A DNA stretch of 63,161 nt, counting the filler, from Octopus bimaculoides (lineage: Eukaryota): the NCBI RefSeq assembly GCF_001194135.2. It is 8 parts of 8 records of this genome, joined end to end, with 100 filler letters (N's around TTAATTAATTAA, not from the genome) between each part and the next. Parts side by side here need not be neighbours in the genome. Positions count along the whole stretch, not along the records: positions 51,160 to 59,109 come from NC_068990.1; positions 59,210 to 61,522 come from NW_026421983.1; positions 61,623 to 63,161 come from NC_069009.1; 5 more parts are not named here. The stretch is one strand, 5' to 3'. The notes under the pieces were generated by a model, which was given only the letters and a program-made list of their open reading frames with translations, ran no database searches and was not told where the DNA came from. This document shows positions 52,769 through 63,159 of the stretch, piece by piece. The number at the start of each line of letters is the position of its first letter. Positions within the stretch are counted from its first letter, which is position 1. The position numbers and the translations under genes are program-made.

Positions 52769-53488
52769 AGGACTTTCCTATAAGTAGGTTATCTCCCTTG
52801 GCTAGGCGGCGCTCCATGTAGATAATTAAACTTCCGGAGGCTAACCCACGCCATTGTTAATGTTTTACGTCTTATCATGGATATAAAGCAGCTTGATGAT
52901 TCAGCTATCGAAGTACTTACTGTGCCTGAGTTAAAGAAATATTTAAGATTATATGGACAGTATGTTACTGGAAGAAAGGCGGACTTGATTGAAAGGTTGA
53001 AAGGTATAAAAATTCTGTCGATATGTCAACAAAGTAAATTCATCGGACGATAAGTCTGAAGTATCGGACGATACTTCAGACAGGAATAAGCAGAAGCTTA
53101 TATCTCCTCTCGGTGAAGTATTGCCTGATCTAAAGATCTTTGCCGAATTTCACAGATAATGACATAATTACCTCGTGCTACGGATGAAAGCAAAGCAACA
53201 GTTAAGGAGTGGCATATTTTACCACGACAGACACGTACACAGCATCGAATACCACGATGTGAGTAAAAGCTGCTCTCACTGTATTGTCCGGTGTCTGGTA
53301 ATCCCTTCGATACCGACATCAAACCAAAAATAAAGAATCCTGACCACAGAGTGTGGGTAATTATGTCAACCGTCACTGGCAATGTGCATTCAGCTGATTG
53401 CAACTGTTAAAGCAAGTCACTGAGCATGCATACATGTCATACTGGAGAGTTCCAATCAGGGGTGGATAACACCTTATAGGAAAGCCCT
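52769..53488 (+). mobile_element. Internally deleted DNA transposon with TIRs and AT target duplication, ISL2EU (PIF/Harbinger-related)-like
   Basis: Left end AT|AGGACTTTCCTATAAG and right end CTTATAGGAAAGCCCT|AT give a 15/16 inverted match, extending imperfectly to ~30 bp. Contains SAP and SWIM-like coding remnants. Confidence 0.75.
52877..53410 (+). pseudogene. Frameshifted SAP-domain plus SWIM-type zinc-finger gene fragment inside the transposon
   Basis: MDIKQLDDSAIEVLTVPELKKYLRLYGQYVTGRKADLIERLKG (SAP pattern; 52877-53053, 58 aa, below track cutoff). A later frame gives HRVWVIMSTVTGNVHSADCNC* (start of SWIM CxC). Confidence 0.7.
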
Positions 53489-54023
53489 ATATTTAAAACT
53501 ATTACCTATATATTTATTCATTTATTTATCTATTTCTTTTGGAAATACGGGATATGTAATACGTAAGCAGATAGCTGGCGAAAGCATTTCAGTCAGTTTC
53601 GTAGATTAGATCTCCTTACTACCAATTCCTACTTTGTTACTTTATGTCTATTCTAGTGCTTTAAATTTAGTTCCTATACTAGACAATTTATTCTATTTAT
53701 TCAAACATTTCATGATTTGATACGGTATTTTTATGCTCTGTGGTTGATTTATATTTAAATCAATCATCAGAGCAGTTTTATCTTGATGTCTTTATTTTCC
53801 TTTTGTTTTTCTTTGCTGTGTAAGTATCCTGGTTTTACTTCATCTAGAACGGATGAAAGCTGTGGTGAAGTTCATGCCTTTACAAAACACTTCAGCTTTG
53901 TATTATTATAGTGTAATCCCTTCAACTGCAAACTGAAACTCTAGCCATGAAGATATACTTCTAAGACTGCCCTTTTTATAAAATAGTTATAAAGTAGTAA
54001 CAGTTACGTTTGAGACACGGTGT

Positions 54024-54095
54024 TCCCATGTAGTCTAGTGGTTAGGATTCCTGGCTCTCACCCAGGTGGCCCGGGTTCGATTCCCGGCGTGGGAA
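54024..54095 (+). tRNA. tRNA-Glu-CTC: tRNA-Glu(CTC), intact
   Basis: 72-nt cloverleaf with anticodon loop CTCTCAC, intact A and B boxes, followed by CTTTT. Confidence 0.9.
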
Positions 54096-54921
54096 CTTTT
54101 CACTTTTCGTATATCAAGTATTGTAATAGTATTTTTAATGCAAACTAATTCTGTTATTCATTAGTAAATTTCAAGTGTTTTTATCTCACATCATCGACTT
54201 ACACGTTTATATTCCGTTGGGAAAATATGAATAGGAAGACCCTCTTCTCTATTCGTCATTTACCTTCTTTTCTCAGGAACTGGTGATTGGTGAAAGTATG
54301 TCGGATAATGCGGTAGATCTAAATCTTATCAACACCAAATCTGTAAGCTATTTCTAGCAGGTCGAGAAAACGCGCGAAAGTTTCGTCCTCGTTTGTTTTA
54401 TCTTTGTGGTCATTTCCACGACAAGAGAGTCGCGACTTTCGATATTTTGGCAACGGAGGCATTCGATTCGCGAAAATTACAAAACTTTGGATGCTTATAA
54501 CTTCCTTATTAATTTCTAGATAAAAAGTAATAAGATTTTTCACATCAGCATGCAAAACCACATCAGAACTGTATTTTTTTTAAAGCATATTTGGTGAAAC
54601 TTAGAAAAATTACAAGTCGTTAAAAGAAATTTAACATGAGCATGCTGATTTTTCTTGCTTTGTGATTTGTTGATAAATTGAAACCTTGGATGTGAAATAA
54701 ATGACTGAATGTAATATTGTGGGCCATTTGATGCATTACAAGAGGTCATTACCACTTTCTAGTTTGTGAGGTTAAATCTTTTGTAAGATTTTAGTTTTGT
54801 TTCTGTGAAAGACACTTTATTCTACGTTTCAATTCATGAGTAAAAATAACCTATCAGCAATCAACAGCAATCACAGTCAATGATGCAGTATATGTTTATT
54901 AAAAGTATCGTTATTCAGGTT

Positions 54922-54993
54922 TCCCATGTGGTCTAGTGGTTAGGATTCCTGGCTTTCACCCAGGCGGCCCGGGTTCGATTCCCGGCATGGGAA
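54922..54993 (+). tRNA. tRNA-Glu-TTC: tRNA-Glu(TTC), intact
   Basis: TCCCATGTGGTCTAGTGGTTAGGATTCCTGGCTTTCACCCAGGCGGCCCGGGTTCGATTCCCGGCATGGGAA, followed by a T8 run. Confidence 0.97.
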
Positions 54994-54997
54994 CTAG

Positions 54998-55005
54998 TTT
55001 TTTTT
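54998..55005 (+). terminator. RNA polymerase III oligo-dT terminator
   Basis: T8 run 4 nt downstream of the tRNA discriminator base. Confidence 0.8.
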
Positions 55006-56159
55006 GCTTCTTTTTTTGCTATATCTATGTATTGAAACATTATTTTTATGGTAAGCTTTTCATTTCTCTATTGATAACGTTTAAATATGTTTTTCGCTAA
55101 TTTCGTGGATTTAACAAGAATATTTCCAATGATAAATATGAATATTAAAATAATCACATTTCATCATTTTTGTTTCTTTGCTGAATTGACTTTGTTTGGA
55201 AGGGATAAAAGATGTTGTGAGGTACATGCATTCTCAAAACTTTTCTTAATATACTTAAAGTGAAGTCTGTTCATCTGTAGAATAAAGCTGTATTTCGTTT
55301 CGGTTAGTTGTGAACTTATCAGTTGTTCTACTACACTAGCCATATCTTATTTAACATAACGGTAGAACGAAGCAACGGGGGAAGAAGTATTATGTGCTCT
55401 CTAGACCTGCTAGAAATATCAACTAAATCTTCTTCACATAAATTCGTGCTGTGTTTAAAAGACAAGCCAATCTAGGACAACATTATCAAATAATTCATTT
55501 GATAATGTTGTCCGAGAAGCATTATTGCTAAGTAAGACATACAGATGGTCAATGCTTCCCTCGTGGGTTTTATTAGTCAGGATTGACTAGACACTAAACA
55601 ACAACAACAACAACAATTACATATGATGATAGGAGGAAGAACCATAAATTATCAGAAAAGTTGAAGTGTCGGATTAAATGCTCTTCGCTTTTTCAATTTA
55701 TTCCATTATGTTCTAATTTCAAATTCCATTTGAACGACTAATCTTAATTCCAAATAGAGTAGGTTAAATGAATACCAACAAATCAACATAATTTGGTTGA
55801 ATTGCTACAGCCGAAGCAGTAAATGAGAGACATGGTCACTGGGAACATTCCTGCTGCTCTAAGGCTATTAGAGTTTTATAAGTGAAGTAAAGAAAAATAT
55901 GAGTATATATGTGTGCTTTATTTGTTGATGTCGATTTCTTTCCGTGATTTGAAATTCTGGGTGAGAAACTGGTGATTTTCCAGACAAGTGTTTTCACACA
56001 GTTTCTATGTACCCAGAACATACTGCTAACTCCTAGTTGGAGTGTTCAAGTCCGGTCCTTAGGTTTTACTTTTCTTTTCTTAGGCCGAATATAATACAAT
56101 ATTCGGGCAGCAGCAACACTATCGGTAAAATCTTATTTACAAGAACAAATAGCTATCAT

Positions 56160-56220
56160 TTCCATGTGGTCTAATGGTTAGGATTCCGAAGCGGGCTAGG
56201 TCCGATTCCTGGCGTGAGAA
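56160..56220 (+). pseudogene. tRNA-Glu pseudogene with deleted anticodon arm
   Basis: TTCCATGTGGTCTAATGGTTAGGATTCC-(deletion)-...AGGTCCGATTCCTGGCGTGAGAA. Confidence 0.8.
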
Positions 56221-56478
56221 TACTTTACAGAAAGGCAAGGGCTCTCAATTAACCTTTACTTATAGACACCTTTAATTAGTATTTTAATCTGGTAGATCCC
56301 CATAGCCTTTTCAATGTTTAAAAACTAGTTTGATAGATATTTCTTTCAAAATTCCTATTTTGTTATTCATACATTAACTTGCGTAGATCGAACTATGTAA
56401 AACATTAGACAAAGAAACCAAGCTGTTTCTTGCAATAAATACATTAAAATCAGAACTTTACATGAACGCTTAAACTAA

Positions 56479-56712
56479 TACTCTTTTACTTGTTTCAGTC
56501 AATTGACTGCGGTCATGCTGGAGCACCGTCTTTAGAGTCGAGCAAATCGACCCCAGAGCTTATTCTTTGTAAGCCTAGTACTTATTTTCTCGGTATATTT
56601 TGCCGAACCGCTAAGTTACGGGGACGTAAACACACCAGAATCGGTTGTCAAGTGATGCTGGGGGGGGGGGGACAAACAGACACGAACATACACACACACA
56701 CACACACACACG
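56479..56712 (-). mobile_element. SINE family A 3' half, nested in the MITE
   Basis: Standard tail motifs and an internal (CA)n. Confidence 0.88.
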
Positions 56713-56718
56713 GGGGGA

Positions 56719-56794
56719 AAAGAATGCGCACACTACCCGTTTTCGGCGTAACCTTAACCCTAAACGCCGAAAACGGGTGGTGTGCATATTCTTT
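56719..56794. repeat. 31-bp-arm inverted repeat with a telomere-like loop
   Basis: AAAGAATGCGCACACTACCCGTTTTCGGCGT / AACCTTAACCCTAA / ACGCCGAAAACGGGTGGTGTGCATATTCTTT; 28 of 31 positions complementary. Confidence 0.9.
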
Positions 56795-56888
56795 ACCTTC
56801 GCTCACTTTCGCTACCGTATGCCCAAAAATCTTACGCAGACCTCAGCGGGTCACATATAATCCTGTTGGGAACCGCTGTAGTGAAGTA

Positions 56889-57053
56889 AATAATCCTTTC
56901 TACTCTAGGCACAAGCCCGAAATTTTGGGGGAGGAGGCCAGTCGATTAGATCGACCCCAGTACGCAACTGGTACTTAAGTTATCGACCCCGAAAGGATGA
57001 AAGACAAAGTTGACCTCGGCGGAATTTGAACTCAGAACGTAATGGCAAACGAA
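56889..57053 (-). mobile_element. SINE family B, 5'-truncated, well preserved
   Basis: Reverse complement of GTTCTGAGTTCAAATTCCGCCGAGGTC...GTGCCTAGAGTAGAAAGGATTATT. Confidence 0.88.
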
Positions 57054-57133
57054 AAAAATAAATGAAAATAATGTACCAGCAACTAGCAACAGTGACAACT
57101 ACTGATCAAAGTGGCCGAAACCGGACGTGGTTA

Positions 57134-57446
57134 CTCCTGATGATGTCTTGATCCTAACTGGATCCTAATCCACCAAGGGAAGGTATGTCAGAAGAAAGTA
57201 ATTCAACAACGCGGGTTGATGAACCGTAAGACGTGTGGCCAGAACCTCCTGGAAAATAACCATAGCGAGGGACATTCCACAGTTGAATTAGAACAGTCAC
57301 AAACAGTAAAAGAAGACATGCACCCAACACCAGAGTTGAAGACACCTCCAAAAGGAAGGGCCCCGCCACGTCAAAACGGTAGAGGTTCCTCCTGATGATG
57401 TCTTGAGCTGGTTCCTCCTGATGATGTCTTGAGCTAACTGGATCCT
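57134..57446 (+). repeat. Direct repeats bracketing a ~245-bp segment, plus a perfect 26-bp tandem duplication
   Basis: CTCCTGATGATGTCTTGA..CTAACTGGATCCT at 57134 and 57415. GGTTCCTCCTGATGATGTCTTGAGCT occurs twice at 57384-57435. Confidence 0.85.
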
Positions 57447-57534
57447 TTAAAGGAGCTGTTGTGGTAGCAGACTACGAAACATGGTTGAAATTCCTCCTTG
57501 ATAAAGACATAACTGGGAGGCTAAAGAAAAGCGG

Positions 57535-57606
57535 TCTCATGCAGTCTAGTGGATAGGATTTCTGATTTTTATTCAGTTGTCTTGGGTTCGATTCCCTGTG
57601 TAGATA
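57535..57606 (+). pseudogene. tRNA-Glu pseudogene, heavily mutated
   Basis: TCTCATGCAGTCTAGTGGATAGGATT...GGGTTCGATTCCC is retained. The anticodon loop has decayed to TTTTTAT and the stems are broken. Confidence 0.78.
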
Positions 57607-57621
57607 TATGTTACCGTAAAA

Positions 57622-57962
57622 CAGTGGTTCTCTACCATTTTATTTGTTATATATGGAGTCCTTTGATTACGAATCTATTGTGATGGATTTCCATAGCAAT
57701 TCGATCTTTAAAAATTAGTTTCATAGGTACTGCTATCAAAATTCTTATTTTGCTATTCACACATTAACTTGCCTAGGCTGAACTATGTAAAACGTTAGAG
57801 AAAGTAACCAAGCTGTTTCTTGCAATAAATACATTTAAATCAAAATTTTACGAGGACACTTAAGATATTACGGATCCTCAATTTACTCTTTCGCTAGCGT
57901 ATGTTTCCAAAAATCTTATACAGACCTCAACAGGTCGTATGTAATCTTGTTGGGAACCGCTG
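57622..57962. mobile_element. hAT-like MITE (~340 bp)
   Basis: TIRs CAGTGGTTCTCTAC / GTTGGGAACCGCTG (11/14 inverted match). The putative 8-bp TSD is degenerate (CCGTAAAA vs CAGTAAGG). Confidence 0.7.
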
Positions 57963-58468
57963 CAGTAAGGTAACATGTTCATTTAATTTTGTCAAAGCAA
58001 TATGAACTCCCTTGCCTTCTTTCACTCTCCTTATTTTTAAGTTCAAATCCTACCATGATCAATTTTGGCTTTCCCCCTCTCAGGACAACATGGAGTCTTG
58101 AGGGCACATTAAGTTGTTCTATTTTGCTTCTATTTTAGGTTGTTGTTTTCTTATCATGTACATAACTTGTTTTTCCATTCTGGGTTTGCTTTCATAGTTC
58201 TCTAGAACAAGTGAATAAATATCAAATTCATCGTGAAAAATTATATTAATATACCTCATTTGAAAATCTTAAATTAATTTTGACATTTCGAAAAGTGTCA
58301 GCCAAACAGAAAGGATCCACTGGCTTTTTTTTTTTTTTTTTTTTTTTTTTNNNNNNNNNNNNNNNNNNNNNNNNNNNNNNNNNNNNNNNNNNNNNNNNNN
58401 NNNNNNNNNNNNNNNNNNNNNNNNNNNNNNNNNNNNNNNNNNNNNNNNNNNNNNNNNNNNNNNNNNNN

Positions 58469-58509
<41 letters not shown>

Positions 58510-58757
58510 CCTTTCATTTTAAAGTAAATACAATGTCTGATTTGAAATTGATAGATCCAGTGCTCGTTAAATACTTCAAGTTTATGACTTTAAATATGTT
58601 GCATCGTTATGTTAGTTTTTCTGAGCAAGACACTTTATTCGAAATGCCTCACTCGATGAATGGCGATAGCGTAACAGCAGTCAGTCACAATGACAACTAC
58701 CGATGAAAATGAAATACTTTTGATAAAGCTATAACTATGAGTATTGAGAAGCAGCAC

Positions 58758-58829
58758 TCCCATGTGGTCTAGTGGTTAGGATTCCTGGCTTTCACCCAGG
58801 CGGCCCGGGTTCGATTCCCGGCATGGGAA
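58758..58829 (+). tRNA. tRNA-Glu-TTC: tRNA-Glu(TTC), intact, identical to 54922-54993
   Basis: 72/72 identity to the copy at 54922. T runs follow downstream. Confidence 0.97.
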
Positions 58830-58974
58830 CGCTAAATTTTTCTTCTTTTTTTTTTTTTCTTTACTGAAATAAAATGGCCTGAGAAATTGTTTTAAATAAT
58901 TCGTAAATTTAACTTATTTGCCTTAGCAGGCCAAAATATTTAATATTTAACTTGTTGAAACTGGCCAGATCCGG

Positions 58975-59100
58975 TAAAAGAGGCCGATAGAATAAGTACT
59001 AGGCTTACAAAGAATAAGTCCTGGGGTCGATTTGCTCGACTGAAGGCGGTGCTCCAGCATGGCCACAGTCAAATGACTGAAACAAATGACAGAATAAAAG
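58975..59100 (+). mobile_element. SINE family A 3' fragment
   Basis: GATAGAATAAGTACTAGGCTTACAAAGAATAAGTCCTGGGGTCG...GGCGGTGCTCCAGCATGGCC. Confidence 0.88.
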
Positions 59101-59639
59101 ACTTCGATGNNNNNNNNNNNNNNNNNNNNNNNNNNNNNNNNNNNNNNNNNNNNTTAATTAATTAANNNNNNNNNNNNNNNNNNNNNNNNNNNNNNNNNNN
59201 NNNNNNNNNCTAAAATTTTTTCAAGGCGGCGCCCCAGCATGGCCGCAGTCTAGTGACTGAAACCAGTAAAATAATATAAGATGAAAGATAACAATTGAGA
59301 AAATATCAAACAGGAAACTCGAACGAATCATTTTAAGATTTGCAGCTCAGAAAAATATTTCTTTTAATTTCTGTTGAGATACAATCTCTGTCCTTAGCAT
59401 CTCGTGATATAATGTAAACGAGATTCTAGAAATTTCGACCAGATCTCTGTAAACATATTTACATATTTCCTTCAAGAGTGAAGAAAATATTAGATATAGC
59501 AGAGATAGATCGATAATATAGAAGGTAAGATGTTCACGATAGGAACCAGCCCGATCATTGCGTCTAGGAATCGGATTAAGCCGAGGCTTAGCAACAATAT
59601 CGAATCCAAAATCTATACAAAAACTATAGCAGTAACGGT

Positions 59640-60490
59640 TATACTATACCTTAGATAGCGTAGGCTTAGATACAGTATGTCTGAGTAAGATATGGGATGG
59701 TCATAATTGGAGCGTATATGATCTAGGCAATGCTGTGTCAAGAACGACCTAACGCTAAGCAACGGCTATAGCCACTAACACTAACTACTGTACCATACAT
59801 TAGATAATGTAGTCCTAGTTACACTATGCCTGAATAACAGATGGGGTGGTCACAAAAGGAATGTCTTTGATTATAGGTCTCTCTGGATCAGGACTGACCT
59901 GGGGCTAAACAACAACAACAGCTATAGCCACTAATACTAACTCCTATANNNNNNNNNNTCCTATACTATACATTAGATAATGTAGTCCTAGATACACTAT
60001 GCCTGAATTATAGATGGGATGGTCACAGGTGGAACGTCTGGTCATAGGTTTGTCTGGACCAAGACTGACCTGGGGCTTAAGAACAACAACAATTATAGCC
60101 AATGATACTATGCTGTACATTAGATAATGTAGTCCTAGGTACACTATGCCTGAATGATAGATGCGATGGTCATAACTGAAACATCTTTGATCATAGATCT
60201 GTCTGGATCTGGACTGACCTGGGGTTAAACAACAACAAGAACAATNNNNNNNNNNATCTGTCTGGATCTGGACTGACCTGGGGTTAAACAACAACAAGAA
60301 CAATGATTATAGGCACTGATGCTAACTACTCTACTATACATTTAATAATGTATTCCTAGATACACTATATCTGAATAAAAATAGATACGTTCACAGACGG
60401 ATAGATACGTTTATCAGATACGTTCACAGACGGAACGTATCTGATGATAGCTCCGGTAAGCCAGATTGACCTAGGGTTAAAAACCAAACA
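59640..60490 (+). repeat. Tandem array of about five ~140-170-bp units
   Basis: TAGATAATGTAGTCCTAG.TACACTATGCCTGAAT...GACTGACCTGGGG.TAAACAACAACAA recurs near 59652, 59791, 59974, 60121 and 60343. Confidence 0.9.
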
Positions 60491-62796
60491 TTAGTGTGTA
60501 GTAGTAGTAGTAGTAGTAGCCATTTATACTAAACTACTATGTTGCGTCTGTTATGCCATAACGCTGGGTGCTAATGGAATGGAAATAGGCGTTGCATGAG
60601 CTGAGGACGTTACTAAAAAAACTCGATCAACTCAACGGCCACACAGAGTGTATCGCATAACGCGGTGGTGTTTCTCGAAGGGAAGTAAAGGGGCGAAATA
60701 ACATCCACGGTTGTAATAAAATACGCCATGATCCAGGGAAAAATGTATTTGTGTTAGGCAGAATCAACATGAATAAAGAAGGATTAAGTGCATTGTTAAG
60801 ACAATAAATCTTTGTCGATGATAAGAGGTAAGATGTTGTGTTACGTGCACTGCATAGCAACGTGTTGAAATGGTTGTGATGGAAGGTACGACCTCCTTGA
60901 GTGCAGCAGACGGCGTGTATCCTCCATTGTCTTGCTTATTTATCGTAGAGCGACAATATTGGCATCGAAGTCAATGGCGTTTGTAGAGGTTCAGTGCACG
61001 CACACGCANNNNNNNNNNNNNNNNNNNNCACACACACACACACACAATTATATCGATATGTATATGCATATACACACATATAAGTGTGTACGCACGTATG
61101 CATATATAGACATGTATATACGTATATATATATATAGACACATGTATATACGTATATATNNNNNNNNNNNNNNNNNNNNNNNNNNNNNNNNNNNNNNNNN
61201 NNNNNNNNNNNNNNNNNNNNNNNNNNNNNNNNNNNNNNNNNNNNNNNNNNNNNNNNNNNNNNNNNNNNNNNNNNNNNNNNNNNNNNNNNNNNNNNNNNNN
61301 NNNNNNNNNNNNNNNNNNNNNNNNNNNNNNNNNNNNNNNNNNNNNNNNNNNNNNNNNNNNNNNNNNNNNNNNTATATATATATATATATATATATATAGA
61401 TAGATAGATAGATAGATAAAAATATATGCATATGTATGTATAATACATAAATTTATACACATATATATATGCATTTATATATATATATATATAGTTATAT
61501 ATATATATATATAGATATATATNNNNNNNNNNNNNNNNNNNNNNNNNNNNNNNNNNNNNNNNNNNNTTAATTAATTAANNNNNNNNNNNNNNNNNNNNNN
61601 NNNNNNNNNNNNNNNNNNNNNNATATATATATATATATATATATATATACGCACCCATACATATTCACAAATAAACTCATATATGAATATATATATAAAA
61701 AAAAATTGCATAAATATATCTGTGCACAAAAATATACATACATCCAATTAAGCATACATAGATGCATATTGATATATTTTTTATAAATAATAGAAAAAAA
61801 TACATATATGTACACAAAAATCTATACAAACACATCTAGTTTCATACAGAAACATGAATATATATACACACACTCTCCCACAGATACACGTGTATATATA
61901 AACACTTATACACGTACCATTATACATACATATATATTTTTCATGTATTTGTTGTTAAATGAATTTATAGAGATACTCATCTGAAGGTAATTCATATATA
62001 AGTGAGTGAGATGTTAAATGAATGAAAATTAATTAATGAATTAAAGAATAAAAAAGTTAATGGGTTGTCCATTAATTCACATGAAATGATTACTTTGTTA
62101 TTATATGCTAGAAAAGTTGGGCTGAATTAGGGGTTTAAAGAGTAAATCTTGCTTAAGAAGACAAATCAAAATTATAAATAAGGTTTACTACAGTAATTCC
62201 GTAACATATTTGATAGTGTAAAAGTTTTATCGAGATTTGAAAATCACAATATATTATGCTGACCAGTAAATTTTTCGTCAAATAATGAGATATTAAAATG
62301 ATTGGGATATGTTTTGTTACGAGAATGAATATTTAAACTATGAATGATAGAAATTAAAGATATTTCTAGGAACGCTGGAATGATGAATTATGATCGTAGA
62401 TTTAGAGAACTCTCATTAAAAAAGCCAGGAACATAATAACTCTTATTATTGCTAAGCCAATTGGTGAATAAATTGGAAGTCGTAAAATAATGATATTGAG
62501 GTATAATAAAGTATGGAAAAGAAGAAATAAGGTTAATAATGCATTGCATATTATGTAATTATTATGGGTGGATTTTACTATGAAATAAACCAAAAATAAT
62601 GCACTTTTTTATGTTAAAAGATTTTATATGACCTAATTTAGGTTAATAAATAAAGAATGTTTAGATAGATTACATCAATCGTAATCAATTTTTATCTTCT
62701 AACATATGAGGGAGTTAATTATATGTTTTACTAGTACTATTTGAGGAACTCATGTATTACGGGTTAATGCGATAGCGTTTTATGAAAAAGTGATTG

Positions 62797-63159
62797 TTAT
62801 TTAAATGCTGAAAATACATGTTGTTGCCAATGTTTACATTTGTAAGAGATTTCTATGAACGTGTTTACCAGTTTATTCTTTGAAAATAAAATAAAGTACA
62901 TTTCGTTATTACATAATGAGCAGAATTTTCCACCCTTTTCATATGGCCTAGAAATAGAAAGAATTAGCCAGTCTAGTTTAAATTTTATGTTCTTATCTTT
63001 AAGTTCCCAGATTAGTTTGCTAAGGCTCGTGGTATTACGTTTGTTTCTATCTCTAAAGGTTGAGAAATGATTAGATATTCTGGTGGATATTGGTGAAGAG
63101 GACGATCCAACATAAAAGTAAATATTTGTAGGAATACTAACTTGGCATTGATAAATAGT
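62797..63159 (-). mobile_element. Penelope-like element GIY-YIG endonuclease C-terminus; open frame of 120 codons truncated by the window end
   Basis: Manual translation TIYQCQVSIPTNIYFYVGSSSSPISTRISNHFSTF...TTSLSKLIWELK...WLIL...KFCSLCNNEMYFIL...LVN...CKH...AFK*. Absent from the track because no start codon leaves 60 aa in the window. Confidence 0.85.

Larger units (their letters stand above)
56236..56878. mobile_element. hAT-like MITE, interrupted by a SINE tail and a palindrome
   Basis: Degenerate left end CAAGGGCTCTCAA, right end GTTGGGAACCGCTG. Internal sequence is homologous to 57622-57962. Confidence 0.65.

Noticed and set aside
57535-57606. Apparent TTT anticodon suggesting a Glu-to-Lys recoded tRNA
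   Set aside because: Stems are broken and U-rich decay affects the whole loop. It is a pseudogene, not an alloacceptor switch.
60196-60304. Exact ~49-bp duplication on both sides of a 10-N gap (also short overlaps at 59941-59966)
   Set aside because: Typical unmerged contig overlap; not counted as extra satellite units.
59640-60490. Repeat-spacer-like periodicity suggesting a CRISPR array
   Set aside because: Whole units are homologous, with no unique spacers and no cas genes, in a eukaryotic context.
60560-60990. Possible decayed RTE 3' end
   Set aside because: Resemblance is limited to scattered residues; left unannotated.
62402-62593. Hydrophobic ORF resembling a mitochondrial membrane protein (possible NUMT)
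   Set aside because: No recognisable mitochondrial motif. AT-rich DNA downstream of the Penelope frame yields such ORFs by chance.
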